From NCBI RefSeq assembly GCF_009914755.1, contig NC_060928.1: a stretch of 64,000 bases of DNA. The stretch is one strand, 5' to 3'. The translations under genes and the position numbers were made by a program. Under the pieces are notes generated by a model, which was not told the DNA's origin, searched no databases, and was given only the letters and a program-made list of their open reading frames with translations. The stretch is from the human T2T-CHM13v2.0 reference genome, Homo sapiens. Below are positions 1-14,712 of this stretch, in pieces (position 1 is the first letter of the stretch; the number at the start of each line of letters is the position of its first letter).

Positions 1-380
1 AGTTGTAAATCAAAACTGTTGTGTCAAATGCTTTTATCTCCGATTTCAAGAAAGCAACTGTAATGCAAAATGTATAATATAAGTAATTTATCGTGTCTGA
101 CATTGAACAGTAGTTTAAATGACCTCTCCGCTCTCCAAACATCTGGTATGTCTCCAATAAATAGGGAAGTATAAAAGGTAATATAGAAGAAAAACTTGCT
201 CGTGGGTTTAGGGATATAAGTTTGCTAGGCTGGAGGATTATGGATGTATATGCTTTTAATCATGGAAGATTATAAACATACAATCAAAAATTTTTATTAA
301 AAAATATAAATAGCTTCTGAACAACTGTTGGAATTTGAAATTGAAGCAGTGAGCTCCAAGGGCAATGTAGTTTTCTTAAC

Positions 381-620
381 AATAATAGCTTCTATTTGAT
401 GAGAATTTTTATTTTGCCAGACACAATAATAAGCAAATTTAATTCATTACTTTTCATTCTTATAACAATCTTAAGAGACACATATAATCTCCAATTTGAT
501 GTTGAAGAAACTGAAGTGCAAAGAATTTAACAAACTAGCCATGGGTCACAAAATATAAAGTAGTGAAACAAAGTTTGACTTCAGGCCTCACAAATGCTAA
601 GACACATGCCCTTTTTGCTA
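381..620 (-). mobile_element. MIR SINE fragment
   Basis: Degenerate MIR core 'gaagaaactgaagtgcaaagaatttaacaaactagccatgggtcaca...tttgacttcagg'; boundaries approximate. Confidence 0.55.
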
Positions 621-1426
621 ACTACCTCTTAGAGCCTGTGTGAGACTACAATAATCATGATGATAATAGCTATGATAGATGTTTTTCCATGTGCAGACTC
701 TGTTTCAAACCCTTCGCATATAATAACATATTTAATCTTTGTAGCACCCTCATGAAGAAACTGAGAAACAGAAGTTATACGACTGAGCCAAAGACACACA
801 GCTAACGTAAGACCCTGGCTTAAGTGCGTAACTACACTGTTTTTTAAATAAGAGAAATTATAAACAGTTTCTAGCTGAAAGCATGGCACATACTAGGCAC
901 CAAGTAAATGTAAGCTCCTTTCTTCCCCCATATTCCCCAAATTAACATTTTATTGAATGAATCATGAAAATGATAACACATTATCATGTGCGATGTATAA
1001 GAAATACTAGATGGGTAAAGGATACCTTCTCCATCTATGGTTTTGTTTGATATTTCAGCCCTCTCATTTAAAAGAGAGTTATGATTTTCTGTATTTAGGT
1101 TAATAGTAATATCTGGCACAGTCATCACGTTTAGGTTATGCCTGTTTCATAAACTCTTGTAGTCTGGGCATTTTCATCTAAGTGCCAGGCAATTTGTGAT
1201 TGTGCTTTGTTTTATGACCTTTCAGTTAGTATGCAATCTATCTGACAGTGCTCATCTGACACCTGCAGCAATTTTGCCTAGTATGAAAGCAAGTTTTCCT
1301 GAGACACTAACTTGGGCTGAATAAATCAAATGTAATCCAATACTTCTGAAATGCTTCCATTGTCGATATATCTCTGAATGGTATGACAAGAAGAGTCATA
1401 CTTTCTGGCATGAGTTGTTTCTTTAA

Positions 1427-1735
<309 letters not shown>

Positions 1736-2189
1736 GTTTCTTTGAAATTCTATGCAAATTCCAGCTCATAGTCTATTGCTTTTAAAAATAATAATAATAA
1801 TAACTGGTTATTTTCAAGAATTGGCAGTTCATCATTTTAGTGAAGCTAGAAATAAATGCTTTTAGAGAAAGGAGTTTTTATATCACCATCATATGGCAAA
1901 TCATTGAACCCCACCATTTGCCTTTATGAATTTAAACAAGTTAATAGACTGTTTTGAGGTTATTTAATATTTAATCATTTCCTATTTCTCCCCCAATTGA
2001 GTGTTTATGTATGTATTCTTCTTTTCCCTTTAAATAGTAAGGACCAGAAGTAATGATTTGTATTACATTCTGTGCCTAGCACAGTAAAAGCACATAGTAG
2101 TTGCTCAACAATTTTACTTTGTTTTACCTTCTCAGCCAACTGAGGAAGGGTATAAAGTTATTGTTGGGTGTCCATGAGCAGATATCATA

Positions 2190-2345
2190 TAAACCTCAGT
2201 TCTAATCTTCTTTTAATTCCTACTGGCTGTGTAGTCTTGGGCAAGTTAGTTAAACTCCAGGTTTTTATCTGCATTGGGGCCATGTGAGATCGAATGAGAT
2301 AATTAGCACAGTGGTTGACACATCATAAGGACTGAAAATATTACT
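2190..2345 (+). mobile_element. MIR fragment
   Basis: 'tactggctgtgtagtcttgggcaagttagttaaactcc' MIR core and 3' part. Confidence 0.65.
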
Positions 2346-2364
2346 GGCGTTAATTATTTAAGTA

Positions 2365-2620
2365 AAAACATTTATTGGGCACCTACTGAAAGCCAGTTAG
2401 GAACTGAGCTAAGGGTTAGAGAAATCAGCGTATCTCTTTCCTTTAGGGAGAGAGATATGTAATATTATGCGACCAGTATTACAATCCGTTATGTGAAAAC
2501 ATGGCACAGCAAGTGTCTAAATGCCTTAGGGAATCAGTAACAGTTTAGAGAGGAGCAGTGTTTGAACTAATACCTAAAGATGAACCTGACCAAAAGTGTA
2601 GAGAAGAAACATTATAGACA
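2365..2620 (-). mobile_element. L2 3' fragment
   Basis: 'atttattgggcacctactgaaagccag' is the typical antisense L2 3' end. Confidence 0.5.
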
Positions 2621-2986
2621 TTTAAATATATGATCAAATAGCTTGTCTATCTGAGAAGCATTTTCATGAAATTTGGTTGTTTATAGCCAACAAGTTCACT
2701 GAGTATTTTTTATTATTTACTTTCAATGGGGAGATCCTCCTTTATCTCTGCTTAATATTCCTCCCTAATTACCATCCCAATAATAGATACTTAAAACATT
2801 TTCTGTTGGAGGGGTATGTTTGTGTGTGTGTGTATTTAACTTGACAGTTTCTTCATAGTGATAATCAAAAAGTTACCTAACCTCTTTTGAGTTCTATATT
2901 TCTCATCTACAAAATGGGACAGCTCTTCTGAACTCATATACAATAAATATATAGATCCCTGGTGATGGTTCGGTTTGGATTCTTAC

Positions 2987-3090
2987 CTTGTACTACTGTG
3001 TGACTCTTATTTGCAAAGAATGTCTGGGTTTGGAAGAATATCATGGAACCAGGGTTTGAGAGTCTTCTGTGCAGGCTCAGAACCACTGTT
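2987..3090 (-). other. Candidate 104-nt internal exon (probably non-coding)
   Basis: Minus strand: acceptor tctctccccccttgtttAG|aacag at 3091/3090, donor caag|GTAAGA at 2987/2986, in non-repeat sequence; no transcript data. Confidence 0.4.
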
Positions 3091-3244
3091 CTAAACAAGG
3101 GGGGAGAGATAATAGACTAATGTATTATGTTCTACCTATAATATCTGTACTACATGCTTTATACACTGATAAACTTAGGATTTTCGTTTGACTCTTTAAG
3201 ATAGAAGGGTCTGTTTTTTTCTTATGTGAAATTTCACTATAAAA

Positions 3245-3600
3245 GGTAGTTTAGGGTCCCAACTCCATGAGATTTTATAGGCACTCAGATTCCTTCTCTC
3301 TTGTTTCTCCGTCATCTTTCATGATATTCCCTTATTTGCTTGCAAAGTTATTTCACCAACATCATGTAAACTTCCCAGCCTATGTGAACAAGGAAAGAGG
3401 ACAGACCGAAAAAGAAACTTCCTTTTAAGAACACCACCCAGGAATTGAACATCACTCGTATTACAGATCACTGGCTGGAACTTAGTCACAGGGGCTTAGC
3501 TAATTGCAAGGGAGGCTGGAAAATACAGTCTTTAGCTGGGACACTGTGTGCTCAGCTGAAACCCAGAAGCTTAATTATTAAAAAGAAGAATAGATAATGG
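3245..3600. mobile_element. Old MaLR LTR (MLT1J/K-like)
   Basis: 'ggaacttagtcacaggggcttagctaattgcaagggaggctggaaaatacagtct' resembles the MLT1K-type motif. Confidence 0.6.
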
Positions 3601-4586
3601 GGAATAATTATCAATTTGTGCTTCATGCATGTTATTGCAACAATTCTCTAAGTGTGATCTTATTGTCCACATTCAATGGATAAGATAGTTGAAATTCAGA
3701 GAGAAGAGGTTACTTGTCTAGAGACATTTAAATGTGTAGGTCATGGGAGGATGATTACAGTCAAGGCAGCACAACCTTAGATTCTTAGCATAAAAGAGAA
3801 GGGGGTAAAAAAGCTGCTTAATACTGCTTTACAACTCATCAGAAAACAGGCAGCTGCAATGTTCATGTGCCTTTGGCAAGCCTGTGTTTTGCAGGCAATC
3901 TGTGAGAGGTGACATAACAGGATGAAGATTAAATCACTGAAAATAGTAGCTAGAGTTGAGCCCTTGGAGAAAAAAAAAAATAACGCCATTTGTTTTCAAT
4001 TACTTGATTACACAAGCTTCAAAGATTCTCCTGTATGCCTTGCCATCTTTTAAACCATCAGCTTTAGTTGAAATATTAGTTTGAGAGAACAATCCTAGGA
4101 ACACAAGCAATATAAATTTACAGGAAAAACAAATTCAACCCTGAAAACATGGGCAAGACAAGATAATAAAAAATGTAGGAGCAAGAAATTGGACATGGCC
4201 TAGCAATTTGCAGAAATGTTGAGGTCAGATGTCCACAAGCTATGGAATTGTTTAAAATTTGCTCGGGTAGATAAATACATGTTTGGCAGAATTGCTTACA
4301 CAATGATTTTTCAAGTTTCTCTATAGGAAAATGACAAAAAAAAAAAAAAAAAGTTAGATGAGAGAGAAAGTTCCTGAGGGCCAGTGACAACATGAACACT
4401 ATGGAATATATCCATGCATAAAGATAATTTATTTGACACTACATAATCACTTCCTTTACTCCCCCTATTCATGGGGAAAAAATTCTAATCAGCCATTTTT
4501 AAGCAATCCTAAGTACTTCTTTCAAGAATTAAAATTTTTCAATCATCTTTCTAGTTTTATTTAATGTTTTTTAATTTGAAAATTCT

Positions 4587-5725
<1,139 letters not shown>

Positions 5726-5916
5726 CTACTGGTTGTGACATTTGTCTTTCACCCTATAAATCCTACTTAAAGAAGGGTTGCCTATAAGCTTTGATGGCAA
5801 GTTACTTTGTAGGGAAGTGAGGAGGCTGTGGCAAAAAATATTCCATGCTGGAAACTGAGAATCTGAGAATAGAAAATGTTCCCATGTATTAAGCATTGTG
5901 ATTTTAAAGAGAATCT

Positions 5917-6330
5917 CATGTTGCACAATAGGTATCTTGAACTGATTTTTCCTATGTAATTGAAATTTTATACCTTTTGGCCAATATCTCTTCAACCTCT
6001 CACCTCTCTCAGCCCCTGGTAACTACCATTGTACTCTTTTCTTCTATGAATTCAACTTTTTTAGATTTCACATATAAGTGAGGTCACACAGTATTTGTCC
6101 TTCTGTGCCTGGCCCACCTCACAACATTGTGACTATAGTGCATACCAATTTTTTATGTTTTGAAAATCACAAGGAAAGTAGATTTTAAGTATCTTCACCA
6201 CAAAAAAATAAGTATTTATGGTAATGCTTGCATTTATTGGCTTGATCAACTCACTCGACAATGTATACATATTTTAAAACATCATGTGGTATGCAATAAA
6301 CATAAACAATTTTTTGTCAATTAAAAAATA
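5917..6330. mobile_element. Short L1MA 3' end with inverted 5' half (5917-6113 minus, ~6120-6330 plus)
   Basis: Minus part has 'catataagtgaggtcacacagtatttgtccttctgtgcctggc'; plus part runs 'gtgactatagt...caatgtatacatattttaaaacatcatg...gtcaattaaaaaata'. Confidence 0.75.
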
Positions 6331-6347
6331 GAAATGTCAGTTGGTTT

Positions 6348-6900
6348 TGTTACAGGAAAGGGGTCCTGATGCAGACCCCAAGAGAGAGTTCTTGGATCTT
6401 GAGCAAGAAAGAATTCAGGGCGAGTCCATAGAGTAAAGTGAAAGCAAGTTTATTAAGAAAGTAGATAAATAAAAGAATGGCTATTCTATAGGCAGAGCAG
6501 CCCCCCAAGGGCTGCTAGTTGCCCGTTTTTATGCTTATTTCTTGATGATATGCTAAACAAGGGGTGAATATTCATGCCTCCCCTTTTTAGACCATATAGG
6601 GTAACTTCCTGATGTTGCCATGGCATTTGTAAACTGTTATGGTGCAGATGGGAATGTAGCAATGAAGATAATCAAAGGTCACTCTCGTGGCCATCTTAGT
6701 TATGGTGGGTGTTAACTGGCTTCTTTACTGCAAACTGTTTTATCAGTAAGGTCTTTATGACTTGTCTTTTGTGCTGATCTCCTATCTCATCCTGTGACTT
6801 AGAATGCCTTAACCATCTGGGAATGCAGCCCAGTAAGTCTCAGCCTAATTTTACTCAACTCCTATTCGAGAAGAAGTTGCTCTGGTTCACATGCTTGACA
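6348..6900 (-). mobile_element. MER41A 3' LTR
   Basis: Matches remembered MER41A ('gggctgcattcccagatggttaaggcattctaagtcacaggatgagatagg'); polypurine tract adjacent at 6901-6914 (plus: ttcctccttccccc); TSD gttt 6344-6347. Confidence 0.93.
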
Positions 6901-8733
6901 TTCCTCCTTCCCCCTTTTATAATAGAACCCTTAATCTTATGGATTTCAGAGGAATGAAGATCCATCTTCTAACTTCTTCAGGCTGAATAGGGGCAATCAT
7001 ATTTCTACCTAACTATGATGTCCTCTTGTGTTCAGGGTAGAGAGGAACTCAGTCAGAAAGCATCATTATGGTAAGGGCCATTCATGACTCTTGAGTTCTG
7101 ACAACAGGTGATATCTGGAAGATTAATAAGTGTTCAATTTAAGACAATATTCAGGAAGCTAATTTTGCGTTCCTACCCAAAGAGTACAACAGCAATATAT
7201 TCCACAACAGTAAAACAAAATAAGTAAAATTATTCCAAGTAAACTAAATAAGAAGGCTTTCCATGAACTGGGCAACTGTTGGACCAAGCTTATATGAGGT
7301 TGCTAGCTGATTGCAATGTGCTCAAGATTAGAATACTGATCCAGATTTTTACATTACCCATCCCTCTTGTTTCTTCTGAGCAGTAGTCAGAGATCACTGG
7401 TTAGTTCACAGGAACAAACTTTCGGTCTAAATTGCAGAAACAAACTTAAAAACAACTGATGAGACTAGAATTTGATAACAAGTGTACCATAGTTCTTGAA
7501 ACATTTCTTTCCAGTTTCCCATTTTTATTAAAGACAAATCATGGTAAGACTGATATGCTTTATTATACTTGGCTGATTATTTGTATCAAGTGCAGCAAGA
7601 ATAATTCTTTTGTACATAAGCTCTTTGTAAATTGGCTTTGATGGAACTCTGTTCCATAGAAGGACTCTCAGATATGTCTTTTTTAAAGCCAAGCCTTGCT
7701 ATGGGTTTGTACCCTCAAATACCTATGAGTTGAGTTAATTCCTCTTCTCTTTGGGTCCCAAAATAACTTGGGGTTCCTGGACCTGTTAGAAAGTGACATT
7801 CTTTGCTTACCACAGTCAGAAACCTTGCACAGGGACTGTGAGGAAAAGGTCTGAGGCCAGTTCCCCAAGAGACTTTTATTGGCTTTACAAGTCAAGTTTG
7901 ATTCCTTAAAGGAAAACACACCATTCTAGTCAAAGCCTTGGTAAAATAACCAATTTCTCCAATTGTGTCCTGTTGCAAAAGAAAACAGATTCTTATTGCA
8001 CTTTTGCAAATAACTATATTGCTGTAAATTAAGAATACTCACAAACAGTTTCCAAATTTTGGAAAAATCAAGCAGAGAGAAACAAATATGTTCCAAATGT
8101 TATTCACAGCAATATACTGTACTCAATTGCTACACACTGTAAATAGCTGAAAAGAAAAGTTTCCTTGACTCTGAAAAACAAATCAAAGGATCAGCGACAT
8201 TTTAAGCACAGCTAAAAAAGATTAGACTTCTTCAGTTTAGCCCACATAGCTAACTTCTGTTTGACATTTATGAACATTTCAACTCTCTATAAGAGTTCTG
8301 AAAGTTTTTTCTTCTATTCTGTTACAATTTCCAAAGTTATTGGACACTTGTATTAAGTGCCCCTATTAAAGTCCTATAGCTGATTATAAACCACCTCCTA
8401 AAGAGGATTAAAACAATACAACAATTGTCTGTGGATGACAAAACATCTTAGGACAGCCAGTCAAAAACAAGATTGACAAAGAAATTTGGTTATCTCTATG
8501 GCATACAACAATTTTATTTAACAAACATAATTATTAATAAGATTATAATAATATATTATATATAATCATAACAAGTTATATCAAAATTGTAGGAGCACTC
8601 CATAATTTTGGAACATGTAGCAATAACATATTTATACAAATACATCCCAAAGAAAACCAAACACCATTTCATATTGATAATGCTTCCTGTATACTTTTTG
8701 TACCAAATAAGCCAAATTTCACCTTTACATTAG

Positions 8734-9059
<326 letters not shown>

Positions 9060-9971
9060 AGTGTTAAAAACAATTATTACTAAAACCTTATAGACATATC
9101 TACCCAATTTCAATGTTTGACCATAAGGTAAGATTCTTATAAACCTCTTATTAACTCTTTACAATTTTTGTGAAAGAGCAGATCATAAGCAGATTTTCCT
9201 TAAAGAAAAACCAGTTGTGCTTTTATTCCGATGTTTAATTTACAGAAAAACTGAATAATACTCTTAACTTCAGCCAATATGTTCACACACAGAATCTCTT
9301 ACAATTAATTTTTCACAAACCTTCCACAACTGTCTAAACCTTTAGATATTTCCTATTTCACCTAAAACAATCCTTTAACCCTTTCGTCTAGGTAAGAAAA
9401 ATCCACATTCCCATGTCTTTTTATAATCTTCTACCAAAAGTATATTCTATTTTCCTTACACACCTTGCACATAAAACTATTCTTCAGTAGTTTCAGTTAC
9501 ATGTTACAATGTTAACTCTTAGCGACTTTTTTTTTGGTGAAAACCTTGTTAAATAACAATTTTAATGATGTACTAGGTGTGGAGCCTAGCCTAGTATACA
9601 CCAGCCAGAGTGCAGATAAGGGCTGACTCCAGCACACCTCGGGGGCATGGCTAACTCCACATGTCCCCAGCCTTATCTAGAATCTATTGCTCCAAAGCAG
9701 GTAAATTGAACAATTTCCAAAAGTCAAAGAAGCAGTTTATGACCTTAAAGCATTTAGGATACTTAATATCTGATCTGCATAATTTAGACCAAAGATTTAT
9801 TTCCCAAAGATTATTTAAGTCACGTGAACTAAAAGGCATTATACTTTTTATTTTTGTGACAAAATGTTTGATTTAAGCTCTTATTATTTTTAAACCAATT
9901 AATTAAAGCTCTTTTATGTTACACACACATAATACATAGAAATACTTAGACAGACAGAAGATAAAGTATCA

Positions 9972-10017
9972 TTCCCTAAGCCGGGAATTGAACCCTGAAC
10001 CAGGGCCACTGTTGTGA
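9972..10017 (-). pseudogene. tRNA-Glu-like 3' fragment (anticodon arm to acceptor) within MER41-int
   Basis: Minus 'tcacaacagtggccctggttcagggttcaattcccggcttagggaa' vs tRNA-Glu 'tcaccgccgcggcccgggttcgattcccggtcagggaa'; B-box-like GGTTCAATTCC. Confidence 0.5.
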
Positions 10018-11098
10018 TGGTGGAGACCAAGAGAAACTACTGCCAAATGGTTACAAGGTCAAGCTCCCAAGGACATGACAACCAGTTTGCTGGGCCATCT
10101 TTAAAACAGGCTTACAGGTGTTCTAAGCCCATGTTCTATCCTAAGGTACTCCCTTCCATTATAGAACATAGAAAGACACACAAAACACACCAAATTCACC
10201 ATAGCTCAAGACTAGCCTCACAAATCCTTCTTCCGATTAATTAAAACTCTACAGAGGAGATAAACAGTGGTTTTTTACCATTCAACCAGTTTGCACAGAG
10301 AGAGAGAGAGAGAGAAAGGAAAGCATTGCCTGAGGCAGGGAGGGTGAGGAAGGAGAGGTGCTCAGGGAGGCCAGAGAAAGACCTGCCCATGGCAGCCCCA
10401 CTGAGAATTTCAGGTGGCTGCTTTTCAATAGTGAAGGGATCTTTTCCAGCAGTCCCATCAGCTCTCAAATTTCCCATTTTAGGGAGGAAAAAGTTCCTCA
10501 TGTCCCAAGATGCTGTACATGCCTAATCCTGTCACCCACAGCCATCTGCAAAGAGTGTAAGGCAGATTATTCCAAAAATAATAGCAGTTAACATCCCGTA
10601 GTGCCAAACCTGTTCTTAGCCGAGAGGGACTTTACTGAGAGGGCCTTAACTGAGAGGGACTTTACTAAGAGGGGCCTCCAACTCCCTAAATCTATAAGGG
10701 ATGCTAACCCTCCTAAGCTGGACCTCTAACCCAAGGTCAGTCAAGCATCCTTGCCTTTTATTGAGAGGAGCCTTTAACCATCTCTGTCTTAGGAAAGACT
10801 CTAACTCCCCTAAGTTGGGCCTCTAACCCAATTCCATTCTTTAACTGGGTACCCCACCACTTACCTAATGTCATCCAATTAGTGCCACAACCTATTTCCT
10901 TTGGGTCAGGGGTCTCCTCAGTATTGTCCCTTCAGGGTTTGCCAGAAAGGTATTACCGAACCCCATCACTTACCCAAAGTTAGCATTTGGATTGGGGGTT
11001 TCCTCATTATAGTCGCTTCTGTGGTCACCAGAAAGATGTGACAGGACCTCACTACTTACCCAAAAGTAGCCTTTGGATGGGGGGGTTTCCTCACTATA

Positions 11099-11117
11099 GT
11101 CCCTTCTGTGGTCACCA
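11099..11117 (-). promoter_or_regulatory. Primer-binding site, tRNA-Arg-like
   Basis: Minus 'tggtgaccacagaagggac' 6 nt after the LTR end; similar to the tRNA-Arg complement TGGCGACCACGAAGGGAC. Confidence 0.75.
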
Positions 11118-11123
11118 GAAAGA

Positions 11124-11677
11124 TGTTACAGGAAAGGAGTCCCCCGATCCAGACCCCAAGAGACGGTTCTTGGATCTCACGAGAGAAAGAATTCAGGGTG
11201 AGTCCATAGAGTAAAGTGAAAGCAAATATATTAAGAAAGAAAAATAAAAGAATGTCTACTCCATAGACAGAGCAGCCCTGAGGGCTGCTGGTTGCCCATT
11301 TTTATGGTTATTTCTTGATGATATGCTAAACAAGGGGTGGATTATTCATGCCTCACCCTTTTAGGCCATGTAGGGTAACTTCCTGATGTTGTCATGGTGT
11401 TTGTAAACTGTCATGGCACTGATGGGAGTGTAGCAATCAGGAAGACCAGAGGTCAATCCTGTGGCCATCTTGGTTTTGGTAGGTTTTAGCCTGCTTCTTT
11501 ACTGCAATCTATTTTTATCAGTAAGGTCTTTATGACCTGTACCTTGTGCTGATCTCCTGTCTCATCCTTTGACTTAGAATGCCTTAACCATCTGGGAATG
11601 CAGCCCAGTAGGTCTCAGCCTCATTATACCCAGCTTCTATTCAAAATGGAGTTGTTCTGGTTCACCTGCCTCTGACA
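11124..11677 (-). mobile_element. MER41A 5' LTR
   Basis: Direct repeat of 6348-6900 with TG...CA ends; TSD gttt 11678-11681. Confidence 0.93.
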
Positions 11678-12081
11678 GTTTCTTCTGTGAAATTAATTGA
11701 TTAACAACAGCAGAAGAGGAATGATAAGACTCACATTACAGTCGTCTCCTCTATAGATTTCTTCTCTTCCTATTAATGACTTCAACCACTAAAAATTGAC
11801 AAATAAATTTAGAATCCTAGTGTAAGTTGGCTTTGGAAATTTTTCTCTCCTTGATCTACAGTCAATAATTGAGTAATAAACATTCAATGATCCCAGTGGT
11901 ATATTAATATTCTAGTGTTCAGAATTAAACAAAACATTTAACTATGATGGTGGAAAAATTGAGTTACACTTCATGTAGATTAATTTAAGTGGCTTATCAA
12001 ATCTATGTTTTGTATGGTCTATTTATCTCAGCCTGGAGGATGGCTAAAGTTCGCACCATTTTATCCAGTCTTCAGATAATG

Positions 12082-12795
<714 letters not shown>

Positions 12796-13460
12796 TGCTG
12801 TTCCCCTCTTTCTCAAAAGAAAAACATGAGGAGAAAACAAATCTGTATCCTTCATGAATAAGAAGGCCAGAGACTTTCAAAATATATCTGTAATATGGGC
12901 AGCATTATCATGTTCATTAATTGTCATGTTACAAATCACAAAGCAGGATTTTAGTAATGTGGAACATGGGACAAAGCATTTTGATGGAAATAGTCCAATG
13001 GCCAGGAAAAGACAGTACACCATTTGCAGGTACGAAAGGTCTCATGGGGAACAAGTAGATGAAAGATGAAATGAGGAACAGAGATACAAAAATGGGCTAT
13101 ACAAACTGTATTTGTCCCATTCCTGCTCTTTTGACATAAGCCACCTGCCTTTCTACTATTTGGCTAACATGCAGGAAGCAAATTCCTAGGAGTACCCTTC
13201 TATGATTTAGTGTCACTGTCTTGATCCCTTTTTTATGTCATTGTTCCTTCTCAGTCTCAGTCTCTGACATTTGGTCCTAATAATTATTCCTCTAATTCCT
13301 TAGACATGATGATGGAAACGTCCATTAAACATAACATTAAAAATAATAATATGCTTATCTAAGTATAAATATTGATACAATTATTTCAAGTACTTATCTA
13401 CAAAAACATCAACTGACAGTTCCTGAGAACTTACAGTGTGTTAAGTGCTTTATACTTTAT

Positions 13461-13814
13461 TGTATTACTCTGTTCTCACACTGCTAATAAAGACATACCC
13501 CAGACTGGGTAATTTATAAAGAAAAGAGGTTTAACTGACTCACAGTTCACATGGCTGGGAAGGCCTCACAATCATGGCAGAATGCAAAGGGGAAGCAAGG
13601 GATGTCTTACATGGTGTGAGGCAAGAGTGCTTGGGCAAGGGAACTCCCGTTTATAAAACCATCAGATCTCGTGATGCTTATTTACTCCCATGAGAACAGT
13701 ATGAGAGGAACCACGCCCACAATTCAATTATCTCCACCTGGCCCCACCCTTGACACGTGGGGATTATTACAATTCAAGGTGAGATTTGGGTGGGGACACA
13801 GCCAGACCATATTA
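13461..13814 (-). mobile_element. THE1 (THE1C-like) solo LTR, inside a probable MIR remnant
   Basis: 'tgtattactctgttctcacactgctaataaagacatacc'...'gagatttgggtggggacacagccagaccatatta'. Confidence 0.9.
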
Positions 13815-14554
13815 CTCATTTTTTAATTGTATTCTCAAAACAACTTTCCAAAATACATTATTTATTACATCCACACTTTCCCAGTATTGAACCTAGAACA
13901 TTTTCATTTAGCCAACATCTCTTCCTAGCTTGTCACCTATGCTTTAGAATATAACTCAAGATATAAAACTATATTCGAATATAATAACTTAGGATACAAT
14001 ATTACAGGAACACAGAATGGAGGATTGCATTAAGTTGAGCCCCCATGACATAATAGCACCACAGCAAGTGGCTAGTTCTGTGGTAAGCATCCATCAGATC
14101 TGCTTGTTTGGTGCTGGGGTGGATTTTTTACTTGATAATGAGGTTATTATTTCATAGAGCATAGCAAAAAATACATGAGTGCTTCTTTGGATCTGTCATC
14201 TTCCCAAAGGGCCCCTCTAACCTGTATAGCGTGGTTTGCTCATCTGTCTTATTGCTACTGAACATCAAGGGCTCCCTTTTTCCCAAATACCCAGGAATTT
14301 TACTGGCAAACATAACTGTTTAGAATGAAAGAACATAGAAGTAATTGTGCTTTCAACTTCTTAATTTTTTGAATATATGTCATTACTCCTTTAATGTAGC
14401 TTAGATAAGATTATCTTAAAGTTGATCCAATTAAATATAATCTACAAGTCCTTTTAAGCAACGATTATATTAAATTATATTTATGTATCATAAGTATTTT
14501 GCATGAATGTCTCATATGTACCTGGCATCATAATAAAATGAGTATACTAACAGC

Positions 14555-14712
14555 AATTAATATTTGCTACCTCCATTTAAAGGTGCAGAAACTAAGGTAC
14601 AGAGAGGTTAAATATCTTTTGCAGAGCTATGGACCTTATAATTGGTAGACAGAGCTAGGGTTTGAAGCCATGGTTGGCTGAGACTACAATTCTGATGTGT
14701 TTTGCCATTAGT
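14555..14712 (-). mobile_element. MIR fragment
   Basis: 'cagaaactaaggtacagagaggttaaat...agagctagggtttgaagcca'. Confidence 0.65.

Noticed and set aside
629-1128. Two adjacent minus-strand ORFs (86 and 85 aa)
   Set aside because: The first overlaps a MIR-like remnant; no recognisable homology or splice structure
10855-11130. CRISPR-like reading of the regularly spaced leader repeats
   Set aside because: The whole unit repeats, with no unique spacers; primate ERV context and no cas genes
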